DNA of 62,075 nt from Spirochaetales bacterium (GCA_037142615.1 JBAXAI010000022.1:1-62075); one strand, 5' to 3'; positions 32,116 to 40,874 are shown, numbered from the stretch's first letter. Notes: generated by a model not told the origin, from the letters alone. A program made the numbers and translations.

Positions 32116-32871
32116 ATGGGAATCATCATTGTTTTTGCCAACCAGAAGGGCGGAGTGGGCAAGACGACCACCGCCGCGAGCTTAGGGGCCTTTTTGGCGC
32201 AGAAGGGAAAGTCGGTCCTGATGGTCGATTTTGACCCCCAAGGCAACCTTTCCAGCACGCTGGGCGCCGACAAGTCCAAGCCGGGCATTTACGAGGTGAT
32301 CAGCGGACAGATCACCGCCGAGGCCGCGCTGCAACAGGGTGCGGACCCGAACCTGCAGATTTTGGCCAGCAACATTCATTTGTCGGGTGCCAGCGCCGAA
32401 TTGGTGGGCCAAGAAGACCGGGAGTACTTTCTCAAAAAGGTGCTCGACCCGCTCAAGCCGCGCTATGACTTCATCCTGGTCGACAGCCCGCCTTCGCTCG
32501 ACGTGATCACGCTCAACGGTTTGGCCGCCGCCGACCAGGTGTACATTCCCCTGCAGTGCGAGTACTTCGCCATGGAAGGGCTCAGTCAGTTAGTGAAGAC
32601 GATCCAGGCCGTTCAGAAGTCCGTGAACAAAAACCTCACCATCGGGGGGATTATTCTCACCATGTACGACAGTCGCACCAACCTGGCGCAGGAAGTCGCC
32701 AAAGAAGCCGTGAAGTACTTCAAAGACAAGGTGTTCCGAACCATTATTCCCCGCAACGTGCACTTGGGCGAGGCGCCGTCGCACGGCTTGACCATCAATC
32801 GATATCGGCCGGGTTCTCCTGGCGCCAAGGCCTACGAGAAGCTCGCCGACGAGGTGCTCCACCGTGTCTAG
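32116..32871 (+). CDS. parA: Chromosome partitioning ATPase ParA/Soj
   Basis: NQKGGVGKTTT, DFDPQGN, DSPPSL, IPRNVHLGEAPS. Confidence 0.96.
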   Translation: MGIIIVFANQKGGVGKTTTAASLGAFLAQKGKSVLMVDFDPQGNLSSTLGADKSKPGIYEVISGQITAEAALQQGADPNLQILASNIHLSGASAELVGQEDREYFLKKVLDPLKPRYDFILVDSPPSLDVITLNGLAAADQVYIPLQCEYFAMEGLSQLVKTIQAVQKSVNKNLTIGGIILTMYDSRTNLAQEVAKEAVKYFKDKVFRTIIPRNVHLGEAPSHGLTINRYRPGSPGAKAYEKLADEVLHRV

Positions 32872-33745
32872 GGGGCTGGGCAAGGGATTCGGGGCCCTGC
32901 TCCCCGACGACCTTTCGACGGCCTACGCGCCCGTGACCGGCGATGTGGTGAAGACTGTGCCGATCGCCGAGGTGTTCCCCAACCCCGACCAACCGCGCAA
33001 GGATTTTGACCCCGAAGCCTTGGCCGAGTTGGCCGACTCGATCCGCGAACAAGGCATCATTCAGCCCATCCTGGCCGAGAAAGTGACCCACGGCTACCGC
33101 ATCGTCGCGGGTGAACGCCGCTGGCGGGCTGCCAAGCTCGCTGGGCTCGCCGAAGTGCCGGTGCTGGTACGCAGCTTCAGCGAAGAAGCCCGCATGGAAA
33201 TCGCCCTGATCGAGAACGTGCAGCGCAGCGACCTCACCGCGATGGAAGAAGCGCGGGCCTATCAGCGCCTGATGGAGTCCTTCGGGCTGACTCAGGATGT
33301 CGTGGCCAAAAAGGTCGGCAAGCAGCGCTCGACCATCGCTAATGCTTTACGCCTGTTAAACTTAACTCCGGAGATGCAGTGGGCCATCGACACGGGCGAG
33401 CTCACTGCCGGTCACGCAAGGGCTATTCTGTCGGTCGCCACCAGCGAGAACCGGAGCGTCCTTTTCCGCGAGATCCTCAACCTTCGCCTTTCGGTCCGGC
33501 AGGCGGAAGAGCGAGCTGGTTTGTTGAATAATCCGCCTCCGGCAGCACCGAAAGCGTCCCCACCCGCACCGAAGCGGATGCTTCCCGAGTTGGCCGACCT
33601 TCAGCAGCAGTTCATCGACCGTTTGGGCACCAAGGTCGAGATCAAAGGAGACGGAAGCAAGGGACGCATCGAGATCGCCTACTATTCCGGCGACGACCTG
33701 AACCGGGTGTACGAGATCCTGCTTCAGCTTGACACGCGGGGGTGA
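32864..33745 (+). CDS. parB: Chromosome partitioning protein ParB/Spo0J
   Basis: GLGKG, NPDQPRK, IVAGERRWRAA, ALIENVQR, GHARA. Confidence 0.96.
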   Translation: MSRGLGKGFGALLPDDLSTAYAPVTGDVVKTVPIAEVFPNPDQPRKDFDPEALAELADSIREQGIIQPILAEKVTHGYRIVAGERRWRAAKLAGLAEVPVLVRSFSEEARMEIALIENVQRSDLTAMEEARAYQRLMESFGLTQDVVAKKVGKQRSTIANALRLLNLTPEMQWAIDTGELTAGHARAILSVATSENRSVLFREILNLRLSVRQAEERAGLLNNPPPAAPKASPPAPKRMLPELADLQQQFIDRLGTKVEIKGDGSKGRIEIAYYSGDDLNRVYEILLQLDTRG

Positions 33746-33757
33746 GCTCGGTATCAT
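33729..33757 (+). promoter_or_regulatory. Sigma70 promoter of the tRNA/SRP cluster
   Basis: TTGACA-17 nt-TATCAT overlapping the parB 3' end. Confidence 0.8.
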
Positions 33758-33772
33758 CCTTTCGTCTAACCT

Positions 33773-33859
33773 GGAGAGATGGTCGAGTGGTTTAAGGCTC
33801 CGGTCTTGAAAACCGGCGTACGGGTAACCGTACCGTGGGTTCGAATCCCACTCTCTCCG
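33773..33859 (+). tRNA. tRNA-Ser(TGA)
   Basis: GGAGAGA acceptor, CCGGT-CTTGAAA-ACCGG, long variable arm, GGTTCGAATCC. Confidence 0.95.
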
Positions 33860-33874
33860 TGGCTCGATTGTTTT

Positions 33875-33963
33875 GGAGAGGTGCCAGAGTGGCCGAATGG
33901 GGCTCCCTGCTAAGGAGTTGTACGGCTAAAACCGTACCGGAGGTTCGAATCCTCTCCTCTCCG
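33875..33963 (+). tRNA. tRNA-Ser(GCT)
   Basis: GGAGAGG acceptor, CTCC-CTGCTAA-GGAG, long variable arm. Confidence 0.95.
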
Positions 33964-33983
33964 GACTTGTTTCTGTTTTATAT

Positions 33984-34057
33984 GGGACCGTAGCTCAGTT
34001 GGATAGAGCATTAGATTGCGGATCTAAAGGTCGTTGGTTCGAACCCAATCGGTCTCA
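33984..34057 (+). tRNA. tRNA-Arg(GCG)
   Basis: GGGACCG acceptor, TTAGA-TTGCGGA-TCTAA, GGTTCGAACCC. Confidence 0.93.
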
Positions 34058-34071
34058 TAGTTTCTTGTTCT

Positions 34072-34159
34072 GGAGAGATGGCCGAGTGGCTTAAGGCACA
34101 CGCTTGGAAAGCGTGCGTAGGTTAACCGCCTACCGGGGGTTCGAATCCCCCTTTCTCCG
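34072..34159 (+). tRNA. tRNA-Ser(GGA)
   Basis: GGAGAGA acceptor, CACGC-TTGGAAA-GCGTG, long variable arm. Confidence 0.95.
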
Positions 34160-34165
34160 CTAAGT

Positions 34166-34283
34166 TCCCTTAGTGATGTCAGGACCTGCGCAACGCGCCT
34201 GTTCCGAACCCCGCCAGGCCCGGAAGGGAGCAACGGTAGGAACTCCGGCCGAGTGCCGCAGTGCGCTTGCCGTCATTAAGGGA
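34166..34283 (+). ncRNA. ffs: Signal recognition particle RNA (4.5S)
   Basis: Domain IV CAGGCCCGGAAGGGAGCA; ends pair (TCCCTTAGTGATG / CGTCATTAAGGGA) and are followed by a T-run; upstream of dnaX. Confidence 0.9.
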
Positions 34284-34318
34284 TTTTTTTTCGCCAGCCC
34301 TTCTGCTATCCTATTGCC

Positions 34319-34729
34319 ATGCGTGTCGAAACCAGCGAGCAGGCCTTGGCTGTGGTCAAGGAAGTTTGTCGTCAGTTTCCCTCAATCAAACTTGCGCTGA
34401 TCTACGGTTCGGCGTCGCGCAACGAGCTTCGGCCGCATTCGGACCTCGACGTGGCAGTCAGCTCGGGCAGCAAAATGCCCTGGGAGGTTCGCGGCAAGTT
34501 GCTCATGGCACTGGAAGATGCTTCGGGTCGCTCCGTTGACCTCGTGGACTTGGAAACCCTCGAAGGCCTCCTCTGGGAGTTTCTGTGGACCGACGCGAAG
34601 TTTGCCCTTTGGGACCACGATTTGGTCGTCCGGTACGCCGGCAAGGCGCAGGCCTTCGTCGAAGATGTCAAACCCGGCTATATGAAAATGGTAGGCGAGC
34701 GGTTACGGCGCGCCTTTGGAGCGTCATGA
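34319..34729 (+). CDS. MNT nucleotidyltransferase antitoxin (MntA-like)
   Basis: YGSASRNELRPHSDLDVAV (GSx10DxD), VDLVDL. Confidence 0.88.
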   Translation: MRVETSEQALAVVKEVCRQFPSIKLALIYGSASRNELRPHSDLDVAVSSGSKMPWEVRGKLLMALEDASGRSVDLVDLETLEGLLWEFLWTDAKFALWDHDLVVRYAGKAQAFVEDVKPGYMKMVGERLRRAFGAS

Positions 34730-35136
34730 ATCCTGAGTTGATCCGAAACAAGCTGGAAAGTCTCGCTCGATGCTTGGGCCGAATGAAAGCCGCCCTACCC
34801 CCTGAGGTCGGCGAGTTCCTTGGCGATTTTACCGCGCAAGATGTTGTCATGAAGAATCTGGAGCGGGCGGTGCAGGTCTGTGTCGACGTCGCCAATCATC
34901 TGGTTTCCGACCGCAAGTTGCCGCCGCCGCCGTCCATGGGTGCCGCCTTTGTGGCGCTTGTTCGTGAGGGAATTGTCACCCCGGACCTAGGCGAACGGTT
35001 GCGCAAGACGGTCGGTCTCCGAAATCTCGCTGTCCATGAATACGAGGCCATTGACTATACGCTGGTGCATGGGCTGATCCAGACGGACCTCGTCGTCTTT
35101 GAGGATTTTGCCCGAGCCATTCTGGCGCGATTGTGA
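34726..35136 (+). CDS. HEPN RNase toxin, DUF86/HepT-like
   Basis: LRNLAVHEY (Rx4HxY); ATGA coupling to the MNT gene. Confidence 0.9.
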   Translation: MNPELIRNKLESLARCLGRMKAALPPEVGEFLGDFTAQDVVMKNLERAVQVCVDVANHLVSDRKLPPPPSMGAAFVALVREGIVTPDLGERLRKTVGLRNLAVHEYEAIDYTLVHGLIQTDLVVFEDFARAILARL

Positions 35137-35151
35137 TAGGATAATCTTCCG

Positions 35152-36333
35152 ATGTCTTACGAAGTCACCGCGACGCGCAAGCGTCCCCGCAGTTTTGACG
35201 AGCTCACCGGCCAGGAATTTGTGGTCACCACGCTCAAGAAGTCGATTGAGTCGGGGCGTATTGCGCAGGCTTTCTTGTTCTCGGGGTCGCGCGGCGTGGG
35301 CAAGACGTCGATGGCCCGCATTTTGGCCAAAAGCCTGAACTGCGAAAAGGGCCCCACCGCCAACCCCTGCGGCGTTTGCAGCCACTGCACCGAAATCAGT
35401 CGAGGGGCCAGCCTCGACGTGATCGAGATCGACGGCGCGTCGAACACCTCGGTGAACGACGTGCGCAACATCAAGGATGAAGTGCTGTTCGCGCCGGCCA
35501 ACTCGCCGTACAAGGTGTACATCATCGACGAAGTGCACATGCTGTCGAACAGTGCGTTCAACGCCCTGCTCAAGACCATTGAGGAGCCACCGCCGCACGT
35601 GGTGTTCATTTTCGCCACCACCGAACTGCACAAAGTGCCGGCCACCATCAAGAGCCGCTGCCAGCAGTACAATTTCCGGCTCATCGGCACCGACGAAATC
35701 AAGGAGCGCCTCACCTCGGCCGCCACCGACCTGAGCGTGAAAGTCGACGACGAAGCGCTGTTCTGGATGGCCAAAGAGGCCACGGGCTCGATGCGCGACG
35801 CCTACACCCTGTTCGACCAGATCGCGGCCTTCAGCGACGGGCACATCACCCTCGAGAAAATCCGCGAAAAGCTCGGACTGGTCGGCCTGGAGCAGATGAA
35901 CCAGATCGCCGAGGCCTTGGCGCTGGGCAAAAGCAAAGAAGCCCTCGAGCTCACCGACGCCATTTTGACCAGCGGCGTGGCTGTTGAGCAGTTTGTGATG
36001 GACCTCAGCGACTACTTCCGTGCGCTGCTGTTCTTTTTGCAGGATATCGACCGCGAGGCCCTGCTTGGCTTCCACCCCGACCGCTTTCCGCAGGCGGTCA
36101 AGGATGGGTTTACCGTGAACCAGGTGGAGCGCGCTCTTGAAGCCTTGCTGAACCTGTACCGCAGCATCCGCTACTCGCTCAGCCAGCGTTACGAGCTCGA
36201 GCTGGCGCTCAGCCGGTTGTCGAAGCTGCGGCACTACGTTACGCCCAGCGAGCTGTTGGCGCGCATCGAGGGACTCAAGGCCGACGTCGCCGCCGGGGCC
36301 TTCGAAGGCTCCGCCCCCGAAAAAAAAAACTAG
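35152..36333 (+). CDS. dnaX: DNA polymerase III gamma/tau (zero frame ends just after an A10 run)
   Basis: RKRPRSFDELTGQ, GSRGVGKTS, CGVCSHC, IIDEVHML, KSRCQ. Confidence 0.96.
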   Translation: MSYEVTATRKRPRSFDELTGQEFVVTTLKKSIESGRIAQAFLFSGSRGVGKTSMARILAKSLNCEKGPTANPCGVCSHCTEISRGASLDVIEIDGASNTSVNDVRNIKDEVLFAPANSPYKVYIIDEVHMLSNSAFNALLKTIEEPPPHVVFIFATTELHKVPATIKSRCQQYNFRLIGTDEIKERLTSAATDLSVKVDDEALFWMAKEATGSMRDAYTLFDQIAAFSDGHITLEKIREKLGLVGLEQMNQIAEALALGKSKEALELTDAILTSGVAVEQFVMDLSDYFRALLFFLQDIDREALLGFHPDRFPQAVKDGFTVNQVERALEALLNLYRSIRYSLSQRYELELALSRLSKLRHYVTPSELLARIEGLKADVAAGAFEGSAPEKKN

Positions 36334-36620
36334 TTTTTGACGGTGCCGTGGCCACGCAGGGGCCAGGCCCCGCCGCGGCCAAGCCGTCGCCCATTCTTGC
36401 TGCCATCGACCGCATGATGGCCGCACCACCGGCCGAAAAGAAGCCCGCCCACAACGAGGCGCCACTTGGCCCGCCGCCCACCTTGCCCGATTCCGTGGCC
36501 CGCACCGGGTTGGCTCAGCTCGACACGTCGCGCGGCAGTGCCAACAAGCCGGGCCCCGACCCGTTTGACCAGACCGTGGAGCGGTTCAGAGAGATTTTCA
36601 AGGGTGAAGTGGGCCCGTAG
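36330..36620 (+). CDS. Probable C-terminal tau extension of DnaX in the -1 frame
   Basis: Frame open from the A10 run (LVFDGAVATQ...), Pro/Ala-rich linker, ends VERFREIFKGEV. Confidence 0.65.
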   Translation, partial: LVFDGAVATQGPGPAAAKPSPILAAIDRMMAAPPAEKKPAHNEAPLGPPPTLPDSVARTGLAQLDTSRGSANKPGPDPFDQTVERFREIFKGEVGP

Positions 36621-36623
36621 CAG

Positions 36624-36821
36624 CTACACCACCCAAATAGGCGTCGACTCGAGGAGCACCTCGGCAAGGTTGAACTGCTGGCTGCTGCGCGCCGCACGGA
36701 TGACCAGCTCGTTGGTACGGCTGTCGTAGCGGACCAGTGCGGCAAACTGGCCGGGTTTGACCAGCGCGACCTGCCTGGCTTGAAGGGTGGTGAGTTGTTG
36801 AAGGGCCTCGTGGGTTGTCAT
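36624..36821 (-). CDS. Small hypothetical protein (65 aa)
   Basis: Purine-rich AGGAAGGT immediately before ATG; fills the dnaX-ybaB gap. Confidence 0.55.
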   Translation of the reverse strand: MTTHEALQQLTTLQARQVALVKPGQFAALVRYDSRTNELVIRAARSSQQFNLAEVLLESTPIWVV

Positions 36822-36898
36822 ACCTTCCTAACTGGGAGAAACCGCGTTCTGCTTCTCACCAGGCGACGAAATCTTCGAAAATCGAGTAAAATGCTGGC

Positions 36899-37213
36899 AT
36901 GAATCCCCTCGACTTGATGAAGAACCTTCAGCAGATGCAACAGACCATGCAGGAAATGCAAGAGAAAATGAAGTTTGTCACGGCGTGGGGCGGGGCGGGC
37001 GGCGACTTGGTGAAGGTGCAGGTTAACGGGCAAATGGAAGTGCTGGCCGTTCAGTTGGCTCCCGAGTGCGTTGACCCGCGCGACATTCCCATGCTTGCCG
37101 ACCTGGTCCGCCTGGCCACCAACGATGCGCTGAACAAGGTCAAGGAGCGGCTCAAAACCGAAATGGGCCCGCTGACCCAGGGGCTCAACCTGCCGGGCTT
37201 TCCGGGAGCCTGA
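36899..37213 (+). CDS. ybaB: YbaB/EbfC nucleoid-associated protein
   Basis: QQMQQTM, GGAGGDLVKV, MLADLVRLATNDA; between dnaX and recR. Confidence 0.93.
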   Translation: MNPLDLMKNLQQMQQTMQEMQEKMKFVTAWGGAGGDLVKVQVNGQMEVLAVQLAPECVDPRDIPMLADLVRLATNDALNKVKERLKTEMGPLTQGLNLPGFPGA

Positions 37214-37214
37214 G

Positions 37215-37805
37215 GTGGGCCCGCTCGAGAACCTGATCGTCAGCCTAGGCAAGCTGCCGGGCCTGGGCAAAAAGAGCGCCGTGCGCATGGCCTTTCACCT
37301 GCTTAAGGCCGACCGCGCCTACCTGACCGACCTGGGGCGGCAGCTCAGCACGCTCAAAGACACGGTGCGCCGCTGCTCGGTCTGTGGCACGTGGACCGAG
37401 GCCGACCCCTGCGACATCTGCAGCGACCTAAGCCGCGACCGCAGCACACTTTGCGTCGTTGAGCAGGTGCAAGACCTGATGAACCTGCACGCCACCGGTG
37501 AGTTCCGGGGACTGTTCCACGTGCTGCACGGTGTGATCGCCCCGCTCGACGGAATCGGCCCCGCCGAACTGGGCCTCGACCGCTTGGAACGCCGCGTGGC
37601 CGAAGGCGGCATCCGCGAGATCATTTTGGCCACCAACCCCACGCTCGAGGGCGACACCACGGCGCTGTACATTCACCGTATGCTCGGCCACCTGGGCGTG
37701 CGCCTCACCCGCCTGGCCTCGGGCCTGCCCGTGGGCGGCGACTTGGAATACGCCGACCGGCTGACCATCGCCCGCAGCCTTAAAGCCCGCACCGTGGTGG
37801 AATAG
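37215..37805 (+). CDS. recR: Recombination mediator RecR
   Basis: LPGLGKKSA, C4 zinc finger, CVVE, EIILATNPTLEGDTTA, GLPVGGDLEYAD. Confidence 0.97.
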   Translation: MGPLENLIVSLGKLPGLGKKSAVRMAFHLLKADRAYLTDLGRQLSTLKDTVRRCSVCGTWTEADPCDICSDLSRDRSTLCVVEQVQDLMNLHATGEFRGLFHVLHGVIAPLDGIGPAELGLDRLERRVAEGGIREIILATNPTLEGDTTALYIHRMLGHLGVRLTRLASGLPVGGDLEYADRLTIARSLKARTVVE

Positions 37806-37911
37806 GGCGCTGTAAACAAAGTAGTCACCTCGGCTAAACCCTTCAAGAAAACTTCCATTGTCCTCTAGACAAGACAAAGGGATGCTTTCATAATCGGCAT
37901 CAACCTCGGGG

Positions 37912-38961
37912 GTGCTGATCTTGCCTGAAGAAACACGAAGCGACGACATTTCGCTGGTCGATCTCATCCGGCCGCTGCACGAGCGCCGCCGCCTGCTGCT
38001 ATCGGCGGTCCTTCTGTTGGCGCTCGTTTGCTTGGGTTTTGCGCTGTGGACCGTGCTGGCGCAAGAGGCCAAGCAAACTCAAGCCTTCGTCGTCAAGCTG
38101 GCTCAACCGCTGGCGTTCAAGGATTTTCAGGATGTGGCCGCCCAGGTTGACAAGTCCTCGAACGGCATGTTGACAGTCGACTACAAACGCACGCCGCAGG
38201 ATCAGCGGTTTCCCAAGGGCAGAGACCCGTTTGAAGGCTACTTTGACGACAAAGGGCAATGGACGCAGGTGAGCCTTGACACCCTGTACTTTCAAGGACC
38301 GGCGATCGCTGCCTCGCTCAAGGCGACCCTGATCGAGTTTCAGACCCAGCGAGTGCTCACCAGGTTGATCGACGACCAGATCAAGCGGTACTCGGTGCCC
38401 CGAGACCTGGTGGGCCTGTTGCGCGCCGAGCAAAAAACGCAGGAACGTTTGGCCTTACTGGGGCAGTTTGAGGGCACCTACCCGTCGCTCATCCGTCCCA
38501 ACCTGACACTCAACGATCGCGTGATTCCTGTCGAGAGCCAAATCATGAGCGCGCAGCTCGAGCTGCAGAACTTGAAAGGCCAGCACAACGACATCGCTCT
38601 CGACGAGCTGCGCAGCGCGTACTATCAGGCCATTCTGGGCCTGCTCCGTGATTCGAAACTTTCACCCACCACCGCGATCGCCGTGGCCTACCAGACGGTG
38701 ATCGCCGGCACTACGGCCCCGCTCGCTCAGCAGTTGGCCAGCGAGCGCACCAACCTCGAATACTTCGTGGCCGACCGCACGGCAACAATTCCCGTGCTCA
38801 CCAGCGTGGTCGAGGTACACGTAGCCAAACCCTCGGTGACCAAGGAACTGGGACTGATTGCCGTCTGGTTTGCCGGGGGTCTGCTGGCGCTGCTGGTGGT
38901 CATTTATACTCTCGCCTTTGCAGCCCGCTTCCGCGCCAACTTGACAGCAAGCGACAGTTGA
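37912..38961 (+). CDS. Wzz-like polysaccharide co-polymerase / chain-length determinant
   Basis: DDISLVDLI, N- and C-terminal TM helices, coiled-coil-like middle; upstream of the glycan locus. Confidence 0.65.
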   Translation: MLILPEETRSDDISLVDLIRPLHERRRLLLSAVLLLALVCLGFALWTVLAQEAKQTQAFVVKLAQPLAFKDFQDVAAQVDKSSNGMLTVDYKRTPQDQRFPKGRDPFEGYFDDKGQWTQVSLDTLYFQGPAIAASLKATLIEFQTQRVLTRLIDDQIKRYSVPRDLVGLLRAEQKTQERLALLGQFEGTYPSLIRPNLTLNDRVIPVESQIMSAQLELQNLKGQHNDIALDELRSAYYQAILGLLRDSKLSPTTAIAVAYQTVIAGTTAPLAQQLASERTNLEYFVADRTATIPVLTSVVEVHVAKPSVTKELGLIAVWFAGGLLALLVVIYTLAFAARFRANLTASDS

Positions 38962-38979
38962 CTGGATACTCAGGGGCTG

Positions 38980-40134
38980 ATGAACTCCACGCCAACCCCC
39001 GAAACCCCGGCCTTGCCCCCCAACGACGAAATCTCTCTGGTCGACCTTGTGATGCCGCTGTACCGCCAGCGGCGTGTTTTGACCGTGGGCGCAATCGTAC
39101 TCGCGGCCGTGTGCCTCTTGGGCGCGCTGGCTTCTAGCTGGTATCAGCGAACCACGGCCGGCACCCAGTACAAGGTGAATCTGGCCGTCGGTATGGCCTA
39201 CGACGACTTTCAGGGTTTGCTCGGGTTTCAGTGGCCCGGACTGGGCACCTTGGGCCTTTCGTATCGCTCGGGCGACAAAGACCCCCGATACCCCACCGGC
39301 CACGACAGCTTTGCCGGCTATTACGAAGGCGGCAAACTGGTGCAAACCGAAGTTGACTCACTGACCGTCAGCGCGACAGCCGGAACACCCTTGGCCTTGC
39401 AAGACTTTCTGGTCAAAGAACAGACCTTCAAGGCTGCGAACGATGCCATCCGCGGCAAGTTGGCGGAAGTGGCGAGTCCCGGCCCGGCGGCCAAGCTCAA
39501 TGTGGTCGACCTGATCCGCGGCCTGCAGAAAATCGAAGACAAGCTGGTGCTGCTCAAGGGCTTCCAGGCCACCTACCCGTCGCTCATCCGGTCGAACCTG
39601 ACGCTCAACGACAAGGTGGTGCCCGTCGAAACGCAGATCATGGACGCCGAACTCGCGCGCAAGGGGCTCAAGGAGTCACTCGACGACCTCGCCCTGCAGC
39701 GAGTCATCCAGCACTTCTACCGCGCCATTCCCGATCTAGCCGACCCAGTGCCCGAACTGCTCAAGCACCTGCGCGACAAGACCCTCGACATGCCCGACCT
39801 GCAAACCGGCCTGACGGCCCGCGTGTCGCAAGCCTACGAGCGCACCATCGCCGAATTCAACTTCACCGAGACCCAGACAGACTTGTCGCCGACCCAGCTC
39901 AAGGCCTACATCGCCAGCGAACGCGATAACCTGGAGCGCACCCTGCGCGACCAGATCAGCGCCATTTCGCTGCAAACCACCATTGTGGAATAGGGCATTG
40001 TCTCGAGTTCCAGCGAGGCGTTCAAAACCGCCGGGTTGGCGTTTGTGGGAGGGCTGTTCCTGCTGGTGGTGCTGGTGTACCTGCGGCACTTTTGGGGCAC
40101 CATCCGCGACAAGCTGGGCGCGCAGCCGACCTAG
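38980..40134 (+). pseudogene. Second Wzz-like paralogue interrupted by an in-frame TAG at 39991-39993
   Basis: DEISLVDLV; shares TYPSLIR.NLTLND.V.PVE with paralogue 1; reading through the TAG gives the missing C-terminal TM helix ending at TAG 40132-40134. Confidence 0.65.
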
Positions 40135-40207
40135 GTCATGACCAGGCAAGACGTCGACCGAAGTGGCGCTAACTCGCCAGCCCGCACCGTGGTGGAGTAG
40201 TTTCCCC

Positions 40208-40252
40208 TTTACAAACCGCCGGACTGCGGTATAGTGTTCAATGATTGAACAC
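40208..40252 (+). promoter_or_regulatory. Promoter with overlapping palindromic operator
   Basis: TTTACA-16 nt-TATAGT, then GTGTTCAAT-G-ATTGAACAC (40234-40252). Confidence 0.7.
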
Positions 40253-40361
40253 ACGACCCTTGCCACCCCACCGGGTGCAGTTCGTTACGGCGGCGCACAC
40301 GGGGCAAACGGAACGTTTTCAAAAAATCCCTTCCCCCGGGAAGGACTCGTCACACCGTGCC

Positions 40362-40874
40362 ATGAATACCCCCCCGCCCGACAAACATATTTCGCTCCTT
40401 GAGCTCCTCAAAACCCGCCCCGACGCTGCCCAGCGCGACATGGCCGAAGCCGTGGGCCTGTCGCTGGGCATGACCAACCTGCTGCTCAAGCAGCTCGCCG
40501 AAAAAGGCTGGATGCTCATCCGCAAAGGCAACGCGCGCAACGTGCAGTACGTGCTCACCCCCGAAGGGCTCACCGAGCTCAGCCGACGCAGCCTGCGCAC
40601 GCTCAAGCGCACCATCCGCAGCGTGGCCGACTGCCGCGTGCAGCTCGAGGGCTTGGTGAACCAGGTAAAGCGCGACGGCTACCCCGGGCTCGAACTGCGC
40701 GGCAGCAGCGAGCTCGACTTTGTGCTCGAGTTTCTGTGCGGTAAACACGGGCTCGGCTTTGCGCACAACGCTAACCGCGAGGGTTGGTTTGTGGTGCACG
40801 GCGAAGACGAAGCCGCCGAACCGAATGTGATGAGCTACATGGAAGCCAAGCTGGTGCCCGAGGCCGTGGGGTGA
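40362..40874 (+). CDS. Winged-helix (MarR-type, EPS-locus-associated) transcriptional regulator
   Basis: AQRDMAEAVGLSLGMTNLLLKQLAEKGW, YVLTPEG; first gene of the glycan operon. Confidence 0.85.
   Translation: MNTPPPDKHISLLELLKTRPDAAQRDMAEAVGLSLGMTNLLLKQLAEKGWMLIRKGNARNVQYVLTPEGLTELSRRSLRTLKRTIRSVADCRVQLEGLVNQVKRDGYPGLELRGSSELDFVLEFLCGKHGLGFAHNANREGWFVVHGEDEAAEPNVMSYMEAKLVPEAVG

Larger units (their letters stand above)
37784..40200 (+). repeat. 22-bp direct repeat of the recR 3' end flanking the Wzz-like gene pair
   Basis: AGCCCGCACCGTGGTGGAATAG 37784-37805 vs AGCCCGCACCGTGGTGGAGTAG 40179-40200 (21/22). Confidence 0.85.

Noticed and set aside
33773-34283. tRNA cluster as a prophage or island attachment site
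   Set aside because: I found no duplicated tRNA 3' end and no integrase in the window
37513-37528. TGTTCCACGTGCTGCA as a second parS
   Set aside because: The right arm is degenerate and the sequence is explained by recR codons (LFHVLH)
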